From an uncultured Verrucomicrobiae bacterium (GTDB taxonomy: Bacteria; Verrucomicrobiota; Verrucomicrobiia; Chthoniobacterales; Chthoniobacteraceae), in assembly GCA_963769025.1 (NCBI GenBank), contig CAVYKI010000003.1, positions 288,001 through 352,000 of the forward strand: a stretch of DNA of 64,000 nt, in the 5' to 3' direction. How positions within the stretch are numbered: position 1 is the stretch's first letter; each line of letters opens with the position of its first letter. Below, one piece after another: positions 1 through 14,682 of the stretch. The notes below the pieces were generated by a model. That model saw only the letters and a list, made by a program, of their open reading frames with translations. It was not told the origin of the DNA and made no database searches. Both the position numbers and the translations under genes were made by a program.

Positions 1-237
1 TTCGCCGTCAGCGTGGACAGCGGCCCCATGCACATCGCGGCCGCGTTATCCCAAAATTTGCTCTCCATCCACATGTGGAGCGACCCGCGGAAAGTCGGGC
101 CTTATGCGCCGGGTGCGTGGGTCTGGAAGGACGGCAAGGTCGGACGAATGGCCGATTTCCCCGCGGGCGCCGACGTGGCGCGGAATGATCTCGGACGCTG
201 GGTCGCGGAAAAATCACGCCAGATGCGAAACGGCTGA
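1..237 (+). CDS. Glycosyltransferase family 9 (heptosyltransferase-like), C-terminal part; gene begins before the window
   Basis: VSVDSGPMHIAAAL matches the GT9 DSGxxHxAAA motif; frame is open from the window edge. Confidence 0.8.
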   Translation, partial: FAVSVDSGPMHIAAALSQNLLSIHMWSDPRKVGPYAPGAWVWKDGKVGRMADFPAGADVARNDLGRWVAEKSRQMRNG

Positions 238-302
238 ATCGGCTGGTAACGGCCGTCACAGTTTGCGGCAACTTGGAAGGCGCCGCCTCATCCGCGACGG
301 GA

Positions 303-611
303 CTACTTCGGCTGCTTCAGTTTTGCGCCGAGCCTTTCGCCAAATGTCGTGAACTGGTTCACCACGTCCGGGATCCGCTGAAGCACCGCCTTGGCGAGTT
401 TCTCGAGGTGCGCCGGGTTGCGCTGACCGAGTTCGCTGAGCGCCATGATGACCGCAAAGGTGTTGTTTATCCCGTGCTTCATCTCGCGATAATGCGCGTG
501 GAGTTCCTCGAGTTCGGTGCGATTCAGGAGCGGGTCGCTGGGATCCATGAGATTGGTGGCTGGGACTTGGTCGAGGGTCATGGGCGCGCTTTCGGCTGTC
601 GGTAGTGACAT
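303..611 (-). CDS. Small hypothetical protein with a HisKA-like H-box helix
   Basis: ORF with host-like codon usage; REMKHGINNTFAVIMALSEL resembles the HDxNNxLxxI H-box; ATG at 611 chosen as start. Confidence 0.6.
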   Translation of the reverse strand: MSLPTAESAPMTLDQVPATNLMDPSDPLLNRTELEELHAHYREMKHGINNTFAVIMALSELGQRNPAHLEKLAKAVLQRIPDVVNQFTTFGERLGAKLKQPK

Positions 612-746
612 TGGGATGACCCCTGCAAGCGCAGGAACAGTGCCAGCTCCAAGGCTTTCTGCCAAGGCCCCCGCCTCATTCAAGATTCCGCTTTTCCAGA
701 GGTTCCCGCGAGTGCTTCACTGGGCGGTTACACAGATGCGCCCCGA

Positions 747-3656
<2,910 letters not shown>

Positions 3657-3660
<4 letters not shown>

Positions 3661-6119
3661 AGACGCCGAAACTGCCACAATTTGCGCTCGCGTTCCTGCT
3701 TGCCGCGGCGACGGCCGGCGCGGCTGAGCGCGCCTTGATCGGCGAAGCGCGGGAGGCGATTGAGGAAAACATCCCGGCGGTCGCGATTGAAAAACTGCGC
3801 CAGGCGCTCACCGACCTTCCCGCCGGGGACGCAGACAGAAAAGCGGCCCTCGCGCTGCTGGCGGAGGCGCAGCTGAATGCCGGCCAGCCCGCGGACGCCC
3901 TCGACACGCTCGCGCAATTTTCCGACGCCGGCCCCGCAGCCACGAAGCTGCGCGCGATGGCGCTCACCGCGCTGGGCCGCTGGACCGAGGCGCTGCCGCA
4001 TTTCCGCACGCTCGCCACCAGCGCGCCGGATGCCGCCGCGGCGCATGCCGGGGAATCCGAATGCCTCCAGGCGCTCGGGCGCACGCAAGAGGCGGCGGAT
4101 GTGCTGCGGCCCGTCGCGCTCGCGAGCGACGCACCGTGCGCGCTCCGGCTCCGTCTCGCCTCGCTCCTCGTCGAACTCGGCCAGGCCGACGAGGCCCGTC
4201 CGCTCCTCCAATCGATGCACGCCCCCACGCCGACGGAGGATCACTGGCGGTGCTACATCCAGGCGCGCATCCATCTTCAGGAAAACAAGCCGCTCGCCGC
4301 GCTGGAGGATCTCGCCCCTCTCCGTGGGCGATGCGACCGGCCTCGCACCCCGCCGGTCTCACGCAGAATCTCCGCGCCGCCGCCACGCTCGCCGAGGCCG
4401 ACGCCCGGCTCGCCGCGAGCGGGCCGGAGACAGCGGAAAAGGTGCTCGAGGCCTTCATCCGCCAGAACCCCGAAAGCCCGCACGTCGAGACGATCTTTCG
4501 CCGGCTCGATCAGATTTACGCAGTCGATCCCAGCACCGACGAAGGCCCGCTCACCCGCATGGCCGCCGAGCTTCCGCCGCAGACCGCAGCCATTGCACAA
4601 TTCTACCTCGCGCGCGCACACATGCGCGCGAAGCGCAACCGATCGTTCCGACGACGCGCTTAAGACGTTCCTCACGCGCTTCCCCGACAACCGGCTGACA
4701 CCTTACGTCCATGCCATGCTCGCGGAAAATGCCCAGGCCCGCGGCGATCTCACGGGTGCGGAGACGGCGCTCGATGCCGCCTCGCGCACGGCGCAGACGG
4801 AATCGCTGCGCGGCGAACTCGCCCTCCAGACCGCGCTGCTCAATCTCCAGCAGGGCGAATTCGTCCGCGCTTCCACGGGCTTCCGCAATGCGGCGCTGCG
4901 CTCGCCGGCTTTGAAAACCAGCGCCCGCTACGACTCGGCGCTCGCCTGGTTGCGGCAGAAAAACTACGCGCGCTTCCGCACCGAGCTCGCGGCATTCACA
5001 GCCGAGTCCACCGACCCGGTGCTCGCCGGGAATCTCCGGATCGAGGAAGGCCTCGTCCACGCGCGCGCCGGGGGCAGGGAGGCGCAGCCGGCGCTCAGGG
5101 CGTTCCTCGTTGATTTCAAGACGCACCCGCGCCGCGCCGAGGCACAGCTCGCGCTCGCCGAGCTCGCGCTGAACGACGGAAGCGTCGCCGATGCGCAAAA
5201 GCTCCAGCGTGCCGTCGTCGCGGCCGACACGACTCCCGAGCTGCGCGAGCAGGCGGAGTACCTCGGCATTTTCCTCGATGCCGCGCAGACGCCGCGCAAC
5301 GAGGAGCAGGCCATCGCCCGGGCGCGCGACTTCATCCGGCAGCACCCTGCATCCGCCGTCCTCGGCGAAGTGCGCATGAAGCTCGGGGAGATCTATTTTC
5401 GCCGCGAGGACTACCTGAGTGCTCAGGAGCAATTCGAGACCCTCGCCCGCGAGCACTCCGACGGCCCGCATGCGACCGCCGCCCTTTTCCTCGCCGGTCA
5501 GTGCTCGATGAAGCTGCTCAACACGGCCTCGCTCAACCGCGCGCTGGAGCTCTTCGGCGCCGTCGTGGAAAAGCGCGGGCCGCTCGAGGCGCACGCGCGG
5601 CTCCACCAGGCCCTTGTGAAATCGAAACTCGGCGCGCCCGACGACGCCGTGAAAATCTACGACAGCATCCTCTCCGCGCAGCCGCCCGTGGAGCCGGAGC
5701 TGCGCCTCGCCGCGCTCACCGGCAAGGCCGACAACCTCGTCACCCTCGGCAAGACGGACCCCAAGCAGTTCGCCGCCGCCATCGCCACCTACGATCAGAT
5801 CATCGCGACGGAAAAGGCCCCGCCTTCGTGGCGCAACCAGGCCGCGTACAAAAAGGCGAAGATCCTCGAGCAGCAGGATCAGCGCGACGCCGCGCTCGTC
5901 ATTTTCTACGACATCCTCAAGGGGGCCGCGACCGGGCCGCGCGAGACGTTCTGGTTTGCGAAGGCGGGCTTTGACGCCGCCGCTCTCGTCGAAGCGCGCC
6001 AGCAGTGGAAGAGCGCCGTCGGCATCTACGAAAAGATGGCGGCCATTCCCGGCCCCCACGCCGAGCAGGCGAGGCAGCGCGTGCGCAAGCTGCGGCTGGA
6101 GCACTTCCTGTGGGATTAG
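3657..6119 (+). CDS. Secreted tetratricopeptide-repeat protein; compensating frameshifts near 4330 and 4645
   Basis: Signal peptide [18 protein letters not shown]; helical repeats such as [13 protein letters not shown] and [11 protein letters not shown]; the middle segment reads sensibly in the frame of ORF 4061..4663; ATGA overlap with the uvrA stop. Confidence 0.8.
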
Positions 6120-6238
6120 CGCGCGATGCCCTTGCGAGGGGGGGCCGCCCACCGAATTTTCAGTTTCCACCGTCACTTTTTCCACGTATCTCCGCCGCCC
6201 CCAAGGACAGCACTCTGACTCCAACCTTCATCCATCCC

Positions 6239-7309
6239 ATGCCGAAACTTTTCATCCCCGGTCCCGTCGAAGTCTCCGAAAAAACCTTCCGCGCCATGTG
6301 CCGGCCGATGATCGGGCACCGCAGCAACGATTTTAAAAAGCTCTACGGGGGCATCCAGCCGCGGCTGAAGGAGCTCTTCGGCACGACGCAGCCGGTGTTG
6401 CTTTCCACGTCGAGCGCGTGGGGCGTGATGGAAGGCTCGGTGCGCAATCTCGTTGGCACGGGCAAGGTGCTGAACTGCATGTGCGGCGCGTTTTCGGACA
6501 AGTGGTTCGACGTTTCCAAGAAGTGCGGCAAGGACGCGGTGTCGCTCGCGGTCGAGTGGGGCCAGCCGATTCGCGGCGAGCAGATCCGCGCGCATCTCAA
6601 GCAGGGCGGCTTCGACGCGGTGACGCTCATCCACAACGAGACCTCGACGGGCGTGATGTCGAACATCGAGGAGATCGCGGCGGTGATGCGGGAGTTTCCC
6701 GGACGTGTGCCTGATCGTGGACACGGTGTCGTCGTTCAGCGTGGTGCCGATGCCGATGGACGAACTGGGCATCGATGTGCTGCTCACCGGCTCGCAGAAG
6801 GCGCTCGCGATGCCGCCGGGGCTCGCGCTTTTCGCCGCGAGCAAGAAGGCGATGGACAAGGCGGCGACGGTGAAGGGTCGCGGCTACTATTTCGACTTCG
6901 TGGAGTTCGCGAAGAACCAGGCCGAGGACATGACGCCGAGCACGCCGAGCATCGCGCACATCTACGCGCTGCGAATCGAAGCTCGACGACATTTTCACCG
7001 AAGGCGTGGAGCGCGCCACGCGCGGCACGCGGAGAACAACGCGATGGTCCACGACTGGGTGCGCGCGGCACGGGTTCGAGTTCTTCGCGCCGGAGGGCTT
7101 CCGCTCGAAGTCGCTCACGTGCATCGCGAACAACAAGGGCATCGACGTCGCGGAACTCGGCAAGAAGGCGAAAGACCGCGGGTTCATCATCGATGGCGGC
7201 TACGGGAAGCTGAAGGGAAAGACTTTCCGCCTTTCCAACATGGGCGACGAGACGCCGGCGACGATGCAGCGAGCTGCTCACGGCGCTCGACGCCTGCCTC
7301 GCCGCCTGA
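6239..7309 (+). CDS. Class V PLP aminotransferase (alanine/serine-glyoxylate aminotransferase family); several frameshifts
   Basis: KLFIPGPVEV, HNETSTGV, IVDTVSS, TGSQKALAMPPGL (PLP lysine) and FRLSNMG spread over three frames. Confidence 0.9.
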
Positions 7310-7363
7310 CGGCACCCGCTCCGCCCTCGACAGTCGGCATGGCAGGAGACAGAGTCCCGCGAA

Positions 7364-8287
7364 GTGCCCAAGGTCCGACGCGCAAAATCCAGACCTGCCC
7401 GCAGCGATGACGGCCAGCTAGAACTGGCCGACCAAACCCGTCTCGACGTGTCAGCCCGTGCCCCGGCGGCGCCGGAGGATGCGGACTTTGAAATGCCGCG
7501 CCGGAGGTGGCGCGACCGGCTGTGGAATGCGCTGGCGGGGCTGAGCCTCGTCCCGTTTGCGTGGATTCTCACCGACGCGCTCTTCAATGCCTTCACCCAC
7601 GCGCCGATCGGCTCGCATCACGTGCCGTTCTGGATGTCGCATGTGTTCCTCATGTTCTGCCTCGGCGCGGCGTTCTGGCTGAGCTGGTGGTGCTGCAGTT
7701 TCCTGTTTTGGAGGCGCCCGACCCCGGTGCGCGCCTACGTGCTCGGGCATGAACTCATGCACATGCTCATGGCGAGGCTGTCGCGCGGCCGCATCAAGGA
7801 CTACCACATCAGCCCCGAGGGCGGCTACATCGTCACGAACAAGTACAATTTCCTCATCGCGCTGGCGCCATACCTTTGGCCATTCTACTCGGTGCCGGTG
7901 CTCGCGGCGTGGGGCCTCGTCTCCATCTGGAAGGGCGCTCCGTTCATGCGCGAGTTCTTCCTCGCCGCGCTCGGGTTCACGTGGATGTTCCACCTCACCT
8001 TCACGCTCTGGGTGCTCCCGCGCGGACAGAGCGACTTTCACGGGCCGGGCCGCGTTTTTTCCATCACGATCATCTATCTCGCAAATGCGCTGCTCCTCAG
8101 CGGCGCGCTCATCGTCCTCGCGCCGGAGGTGAGCTGGCATTCCTACGGGCGGGAATTGTGGGCGAGCACGCTGGCGTTCTACCAGTGGGCGGGCAGCACG
8201 GTGGGTCAGTGCGTGAGCTTCATCAGCGGGATCTGGCAAAGCCATGCCGCAATGCCGCGCGAGGCGATCCAGTTGGCAGGCATTTGA
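7364..8287 (+). CDS. Membrane metallopeptidase-like protein (peptidase M50B-like)
   Basis: HELMH (HExxH), LIALAPY, multiple hydrophobic segments. Confidence 0.7.
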   Translation: MPKVRRAKSRPARSDDGQLELADQTRLDVSARAPAAPEDADFEMPRRRWRDRLWNALAGLSLVPFAWILTDALFNAFTHAPIGSHHVPFWMSHVFLMFCLGAAFWLSWWCCSFLFWRRPTPVRAYVLGHELMHMLMARLSRGRIKDYHISPEGGYIVTNKYNFLIALAPYLWPFYSVPVLAAWGLVSIWKGAPFMREFFLAALGFTWMFHLTFTLWVLPRGQSDFHGPGRVFSITIIYLANALLLSGALIVLAPEVSWHSYGRELWASTLAFYQWAGSTVGQCVSFISGIWQSHAAMPREAIQLAGI

Positions 8288-8366
8288 GCGCGCATCCGCG
8301 CGGTGGCCCGGCAGCCCTGCACTAAGCGCTGGCTACTCACCCGCGCCCCTGCAAACTCTGACAACG

Positions 8367-9847
8367 ATGAACACGATCCGACTCCTCCTCCTCGCGCTCG
8401 CGCTCCCCTTCCCCGCCGCAGCCGCCGCCCCGAAGCAGCCGAACGTCCTATTCATCCTCTGCGACGACATCCGCCCGGCCGCCATCGGCTGCTACGGGTC
8501 AAAGCACGTGAAGACGCCGAACATGGATCGCCTCGCGAAGGAGGGCGTGCTTTTCCAAAACACCTTCTGCACGACTTCGCTCTGCTCGCCGAGCCGCGCC
8601 TCGATCCTCACGGGACTCTACGCGCACGCGCACGGGGTGCGGGACAATTTCACCGAACTGCCGACGAACCTCACGCACTGGCCGCAGCGCCTGCGCGAGG
8701 CCGGCTACGAGACGGCCTACATGGGAAAATGGCACATGGGGGAGGACAACGACATGCCGCGCTGGGGCTTCGACTTCTTCGCGACGCACAAGGGGCAGGG
8801 GAAATATTTCGACACGGAGTTCAACTTCGACGGCAAGGATCGCCGCGTGGTGAAGGGCTACTACACGACGGTCGTCACCGACATGGCGCTGGACTGGCTG
8901 AAGAAGGATCACTCGGGCAAGCCGTGGGCGCTGTGCGTCGGGCACAAGGCGCCGCACAGCTTCTACACGCCGGAGCCGAAGTACGAGCACACGTTCGACA
9001 GCGTGCGCGTGGCGTATCCGCAGACGGCATTCGAGCTGGACGACAAGCCGGCGTGGATGAAGGAGCGGCTCTACACGTGGCACGGGATCTACGGGCCGCT
9101 GTTCGAGTGGCGGAAGAAATTCCCCGACGACTCGCCGGCGGCGGTGAAGGATTTCGAGGCGATGGTCCACGGCTACTGGGGCACGATCCTGAGCGTGGAT
9201 GACAGCATCGCGCGTCTCGTCACTTTCCTCGAGGGAGCGCAACCAGCTCGACAACACGATCATCGTCTTCATGGGGGACAACGGCCTGCTCGAAGGCGAG
9301 CACGGCATGGTGGACAAACGCACGATGCACGAGGCGAGCATCCGCATCCCGCTCATCGTGCGCTACCCGGGTCTCGCAGCGGGGAAAGTGATCCCGCAGC
9401 AGGTGCTCACCGTGGACATCGCGCCGTCGCTGCTCGAACTCTGCGGCGCGCCGCCGCTCGAAAAGATCCACGGCAAGTCGTGGGCGAAGCTCGTGCGCGA
9501 GGGCGACGCCGGATTGGCGCAAGGCGTGGTTTTACGAATACAACTACGAGAAGCAGTTCCCCTACACGCCGAACGTCCGCGGCGTGCGCACCGACGAGTG
9601 GAAGTACATGCGCTACCCGCACGGCGACGGTTCGCCGGACCGGCACATGGCCGAACTTTACGACGTGAAGAACGATCCCGAGGAGCGGAAGAACCTCATC
9701 GCCGATCCGCATTACGCCGCGAAGATCGCGGAGCTGAAGGCGCTGCTCGCGAAGACGATGGCCGACTCCGGCCTCACGCCCGAGAACGACAAAATGCCGC
9801 TCGACGCAGGCATCGGCAAAGAACTTCCCGACGCGAAGATCCGATAA
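8367..9847 (+). CDS. Sulfatase (S1, Cys-type); frameshifts near 9230 and 9510
   Basis: Signal peptide, [46 protein letters not shown]. Confidence 0.92.
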
Positions 9848-9850
9848 CCC

Positions 9851-9926
9851 GTAGCCGCCGACGGAAGGAGGCGGGCTGATCTCGAAACCGGCATCAGCAT
9901 GCCCGCCTCGTTCCCTCGGCGGCTAC
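9851..9926. repeat. GTAG-type REP doublet (REPIN-like inverted repeat) between convergent genes
   Basis: gtagccgccgacggaaggaggcgggc (9851-9876) and gcccgcctcgttccctcggcggctac (9901-9926) are inverted repeats, 24/26 match. Confidence 0.85.
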
Positions 9927-9942
9927 CAAGGATGCCGCCGCC

Positions 9943-12900
9943 TCACCGCGTCCGGTCCGTGTAGGTAGGCTTTGCCGGGCGCCGCGGCGGATTCTTCGCG
10001 AGCAAGGCGAGTGTTTCCTGGATGCCCCGCTCAAGCTGCGGATCCCCGCCCTTCGCGATGAGCGCGGGGTCGTCGAGCACCTCGATGTCGGGCTTCACGC
10101 CCTCGCCCTCGATGATCCATTTGCCGGTCGTGTCGTAGATGGCGAACGTGGGCACCGTGACCTTGCCGCCGTCGCTGAGCGGCGGGCAGCCCGTCATGCC
10201 GATCAGCCCGCCCCACGTGCGCGTGCCGATCACCGGCCCGAGCTTTTTCTGCTGGAAGAGGAACGGGAAACAGTCGCCACCCGAGCCGCTCCAGCCGTTC
10301 GCGAGCATGACCTTCGGCCCGTCCGCGGTGACGAACGGCGAGGACCAGTCGCGCCCGTCGCGCACCGCGTAGAAATTGGTCACCGGGCGGTTGAGCAGCT
10401 CGATGAACCGATCGGGAATGTGCCCGCCGGAATTCCAGCGTTCGTCGATGATCAGCCCGTCCTTCTGCACCTGCCCGCGCCATTGCCGGAAGAGCTCCGC
10501 CTGGCCCTCGTCGCCGGTGTTCTTCACGTAGATGTAGCCGATGCGCCCGCCGCTCGCCTTGTCCACGCGCTGGCGGTTCTGCTCGATCCACGCGTGCTGC
10601 CGCAGTGCGGACTCGCTGCCGAGCGTTTTCAAAATCACCTCGCGCGCGCCTTCGAGCACCGGCTTGTCGTTCACGGTGAGGATGACCGTCTTCTCCGAAA
10701 GGCCCATGAATGCCGCGGCGGGCTCGACCTTCGGGTCGAGCTTGCGGCCGTTCACGGCGAGCAACCAGTCGCCCTCCTTCACCTTCGCGCCGGGCCCGCG
10801 CAGCGGTGAGCGGAACGCGGTGTCCCACGGCGCGACGTCGAGGATGCGCTTGATCCGATACGCGCCCTGCTCCAGCGCGTAGTCGCAGCCGAGATAGCCG
10901 ACGCGGCGGTGCGTGGCCTCCTGCAGATCGCCTCCGCTCCGGTACGTGTGTGAGCTGTTCAGCTCGCCGAGCAGTTCGCCGAGGACGTAGTTCACGTCGT
11001 AACGGGTCGCGCAGGCATCGATCATCTTGCGGTAGCGCTCGCGCATGTCCTGCCAGTGGACGAGATGCAGGTACGGGTCGTAGAAAAAGTCGCGCTCGAT
11101 GCGCCACGCGTCGTCGAACATCTGCCGCCACTCGGCGACGGGGTCCACGGTGGCCTCCATCGCACCGATCTGCAGGACACGGTCCGCCTTTTGCCCCTCG
11201 GCGGCGGCGACGACATGCCAGCTGCCGCTGCGCGCGACGAGGAGCTTGTGCCCGTCGGCGCTGATTTCGTAGCCGCCGACATCGTCGAGGATCATCCGCT
11301 CCGCGTGCGCCTCCACGTCGTAATAGCTGAGCGGTGAAGTCTTGTTGTTCGATCCCGTGCGGGGCGGCCAGCGGAAGATCACCTTGCCCGGCAGCGCGCC
11401 GAGCTGGTCGATGCGCCCGCTGCCGACCGGCAGCACGATGGCGCGCCCCTCGAAGTCATCGAGGTCGATCTTCACGTCCGTCGGCCTCGGCGGCACGGCG
11501 GGATTCCCCAGCATGCGCACCGGGCCCTTCGGGGTCTGGACGACGACGCTGCGGGTCGGCGGCTGCGGGATCGCCCTGGGGTCCTCGGGCTTCAGCTCGC
11601 CCTTTTTGGAATCCTCCGGCTTCTTCGCCGGATCGGTGCTCTTCGGCGCGTCCTTCGGTGCCTCCTTTTTCGGCTCGTCCTTTTTCAACGGCTCCTCGTC
11701 GTTCTTCGGCGCGAGCGGCGAAGGCATGTCCTTCCGCAGCGGAACGCAGATGAGCGCGTGGCTGTTCACGTAGGCCCACGTGTTGTCGAACTCGCTCCGG
11801 TGCTGCGTGAAATTCCGCTTGCTGCGGTAGTAGAGATATTTCCCGTTCGGATCGAAAACCGGCAGATCGTCGTCGTAAAATGCACTGGTCACCTGATGCC
11901 GTTTCCGGTCCTTCGTGTCGTAGATTACGATGCCCTGCTGGCGGTTTTCCGTGTCGCCCGCGTAGGCGAGCCAACGGCTGTCGGGGCTCCAGCTGAAGGC
12001 AAAATTCTCGAGCTCGCCGTGGTAGAGCCACATTTCCCGGTCGATGGCCGTCGTCTGCCTCGTCTCGATCTCGTGCAGCCAGATGCGCATCGCGGAATCG
12101 ACGAACACTATCTTTTTGCTGTCGGGCGACCAATGCGGCTGGTAGCGCCAGCCCGAGCACAGCTCCGTGAGCTGCCGCTCCTCGCCCTGGCCGTCCGCGC
12201 TGCGCAGCGTGAGTTCGTATTCGCCGCTGCGGTCGCTGAAGTAGGCGATCCATTTCCCATCCGGCGACCACGCGGGGTAGCGCTCGGCCACGCCCTGGGA
12301 CTCGGTGAAATTCCGCACGATGCCATTTTCCGCGGGCACGGAATAAATCTCGCCGCGCGCCTCGAACAGCACGCGCTTGCCCGTCGGCGAAATCGATCCG
12401 CTGCGGATCAGCCCGCCGACATTCATCACCCGCGGGCGCAGAGTCGCCTTGTCGGTGATCACCTCGATCTTCACCTGCCGCGACTGCTCGGTCGCGAGGT
12501 CGAGGAGGAAGAGCGACCCGCCGTTCTCGAACACGATCTCGTTCGGCCCGACGGACGGGTAGCGCACGTCGTAGCCGGTGAAATTTGTCACCTGCCGCAG
12601 CTTTTTCGTGGCGGCCTCGTAGCACCAGAGGTTCGCGCGTTTCCGCTCGCCGCGGTCGGAGAGAAAATAGACGCGGTCGTTGCCGACCCACATCGGCTGC
12701 GAGTCGCACGCCTCGTTGTTCGTGATGTTCTCCGCCGCGCCCGTGTCGAGGTGGAAGAGCCACACGTCCGGTGCCATGCCGCCGCGGTAGCGTTTCCACG
12801 ACGCGCGGTCCGTGTCCGTCATCGTGTAGGCGAAGGTATTCCCGTCGGGGGATATCGCGCCGAATTCACCGTAGGGAATCGGCAGCCGCTGCGGCAGCCC

Positions 12901-13335
12901 GGCCTGCGCGTTCACGCGGAAGAACTGCCCGACGCGATCCGTGAAGCTCTCGCGGCGCGACGCGAAGACGATGCTCTTGCTGTCCGGCCACCAGCACACC
13001 ATGCGATCCGCGGCACCGTGGTACGTCACCCGGCGCGGCTCGCCGCCGCTCACGGGCATCACGTAGATGCACTCGCCGCCGTCGTAGTTCGCGGTGAACG
13101 CGATCTCGCGGCCGTCCGGCGAAAAACGCGGGAACATTTCCTCGCCCGCCGGCGAACTGAGGCGGATGGCCGTGCCGCCTTCCTTCGGCGCGACCCAGAT
13201 GTCGCCTGCATAGACGAAGGCGATCTGCTTTTCGGACACCGCGGGCATCCGCATGAGACGCGCGTCGAGAACCTCCTCGGCCACGGCCGGGCAGACGAGC
13301 GCGATGATGAGTACGATGAAAGTGGGGAGCTTCAT
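9943..13335 (-). CDS. Tricorn-like protease (S41; beta-propellers + PDZ + catalytic domain)
   Basis: Signal peptide MKLPTFIVLII, PD40-type FSPDG/WSPDG repeats, IIDERWNSGG, SGSGGD nucleophile, GTRTWGG, IEGEGVKPDIEV, DPQLE. Confidence 0.93.
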   Translation of the reverse strand: MKLPTFIVLIIALVCPAVAEEVLDARLMRMPAVSEKQIAFVYAGDIWVAPKEGGTAIRLSSPAGEEMFPRFSPDGREIAFTANYDGGECIYVMPVSGGEPRRVTYHGAADRMVCWWPDSKSIVFASRRESFTDRVGQFFRVNAQAGLPQRLPIPYGEFGAISPDGNTFAYTMTDTDRASWKRYRGGMAPDVWLFHLDTGAAENITNNEACDSQPMWVGNDRVYFLSDRGERKRANLWCYEAATKKLRQVTNFTGYDVRYPSVGPNEIVFENGGSLFLLDLATEQSRQVKIEVITDKATLRPRVMNVGGLIRSGSISPTGKRVLFEARGEIYSVPAENGIVRNFTESQGVAERYPAWSPDGKWIAYFSDRSGEYELTLRSADGQGEERQLTELCSGWRYQPHWSPDSKKIVFVDSAMRIWLHEIETRQTTAIDREMWLYHGELENFAFSWSPDSRWLAYAGDTENRQQGIVIYDTKDRKRHQVTSAFYDDDLPVFDPNGKYLYYRSKRNFTQHRSEFDNTWAYVNSHALICVPLRKDMPSPLAPKNDEEPLKKDEPKKEAPKDAPKSTDPAKKPEDSKKGELKPEDPRAIPQPPTRSVVVQTPKGPVRMLGNPAVPPRPTDVKIDLDDFEGRAIVLPVGSGRIDQLGALPGKVIFRWPPRTGSNNKTSPLSYYDVEAHAERMILDDVGGYEISADGHKLLVARSGSWHVVAAAEGQKADRVLQIGAMEATVDPVAEWRQMFDDAWRIERDFFYDPYLHLVHWQDMRERYRKMIDACATRYDVNYVLGELLGELNSSHTYRSGGDLQEATHRRVGYLGCDYALEQGAYRIKRILDVAPWDTAFRSPLRGPGAKVKEGDWLLAVNGRKLDPKVEPAAAFMGLSEKTVILTVNDKPVLEGAREVILKTLGSESALRQHAWIEQNRQRVDKASGGRIGYIYVKNTGDEGQAELFRQWRGQVQKDGLIIDERWNSGGHIPDRFIELLNRPVTNFYAVRDGRDWSSPFVTADGPKVMLANGWSGSGGDCFPFLFQQKKLGPVIGTRTWGGLIGMTGCPPLSDGGKVTVPTFAIYDTTGKWIIEGEGVKPDIEVLDDPALIAKGGDPQLERGIQETLALLAKNPPRRPAKPTYTDRTR

Positions 13336-13424
13336 GGCGCGGGAGCAAACACGGGGTCCCCGTCGTCGGCAACGGGCAAGTGGAGGCGACGATCGCGCGG
13401 GCAACCGGGCCGTTGGCGCTGGCT

Positions 13425-14531
13425 TCAGACCGTCAGCCGGCGTGCACGTGCCTCGATGGGCCACGTTCCGGTGACGCTCCCGCCCTCGACGACGAGCGCC
13501 TCGGCGTGCAGCGCGACCGTCGGGCAGATGTGGCGCGGGATGCCGTGCAGCGTCTGGCCGATCGCGAATTCCCCCGCGCGCGGCGTCTCGATGACGAGGT
13601 GCTCCTCGCTGTGCATCACGGCGGCGGCATCGGGCAGCTCGAAGAAGCGCACGCGCGGATGCGGATTCTCGGCGGCGACCGCCTTGTGCCCGAGGTCGAT
13701 GCAGAGCCGATCGACCCCCGGCTTGCTGACGACGCGCGCGAGCAGCACGGCGGCGTGCTGGAATGCGAGGTCCGCATATCTGTCGCCGTAGCCGAAGTCC
13801 CAGAGCACCGTCGTGCCCGGCGAGCATTCGCGGTCCGTCTGCGATGCGTGGACGGGGAAAGTCGGCGTGCCTCCGGCGACGAGCGCCGGCACGGGCAGCC
13901 CCATGCCTTCGAGTTTCGCGCGCAGCGCGAGCACGGGGGCAAATGCCGCCTCGCACTGCGCACGGCGCGCGACGGGATCGGGCTCGGTGATGTGGCCGTC
14001 GTAGGCGTGCAGCCCGCCGGCTCGGAGGCCGCGCGAGCCGGATATCCACTGGTAAAGTTCCGCCGCGCGATCGCCCGGTTCGATGCCGGTGCGGTGCATC
14101 CCGCAATCCAGATCGATGAAGACGCCGAGCGTGACCCCGGCGGCGAGTGCGGCGGAACCGAGGGCGCCGACTGTCGTGGGATCATCCGCCACCACGCTGA
14201 AGGATGTCTTTGGAAACCGCCGCGCGAGTTTGCAGAGGCGCGCGATGTTCGGCCCGGCCTGCGGGAACGCGAGCAGGACATCCGGAGCGCCGGCCGTGGC
14301 GCACATCTCCGTCTCGGCGATGGTCGAGGTCTTGAATTTCGTGATGCCGAGTTCCACCTGCCGCGCGACGATCTGGCCGAGCTTGTGCGTCTTCACGTGG
14401 GGACGCAGGCGCTCCGGTCCGCCGGCGATCTCGATCATCAGCCGCAGGTTGTGCTCGATGCGGTCGCGGAAAAGCAGCAGCGCCGGCGAGGGGATCGCGG
14501 CTTCGTCCAGGAGGCGGAACCATTCGTTCAT
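13425..14531 (-). CDS. D-threonine aldolase / D-serine deaminase (DSD1)-like fold III PLP enzyme
   Basis: RPHVKTHK, GMHRTG, HAYDGH, GGTPTF, SEEHL, HICPTVALH. Confidence 0.88.
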   Translation of the reverse strand: MNEWFRLLDEAAIPSPALLLFRDRIEHNLRLMIEIAGGPERLRPHVKTHKLGQIVARQVELGITKFKTSTIAETEMCATAGAPDVLLAFPQAGPNIARLCKLARRFPKTSFSVVADDPTTVGALGSAALAAGVTLGVFIDLDCGMHRTGIEPGDRAAELYQWISGSRGLRAGGLHAYDGHITEPDPVARRAQCEAAFAPVLALRAKLEGMGLPVPALVAGGTPTFPVHASQTDRECSPGTTVLWDFGYGDRYADLAFQHAAVLLARVVSKPGVDRLCIDLGHKAVAAENPHPRVRFFELPDAAAVMHSEEHLVIETPRAGEFAIGQTLHGIPRHICPTVALHAEALVVEGGSVTGTWPIEARARRLTV

Positions 14532-14682
14532 CCCACGAGGAAATGCGCGCGCTCCGCGGCTGTCACTTCATTTTCCCCGATCCCGGGCGTCGCGGATGGG
14601 TGATGATAACACTCTTCTCACCCGGTTCGCTCTAAGCTGGCGTCCCCTGCCCCTCTCTATATGTTCGCGCCTCCTTTTTCCG

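Noticed and set aside
6120..6238. Possible glycine riboswitch upstream of the aminotransferase (aaggacagcactct)
   Set aside because: Core GGAGA / CCGAAG / CTCTCAGG elements are absent
9943..14106. Extended N-termini in the ORF track for tricorn (to 14106) and the CxxCH protein (from 14083)
   Set aside because: Extensions overlap the D-threonine aldolase-like gene; signal peptides begin at 13335 and 14683
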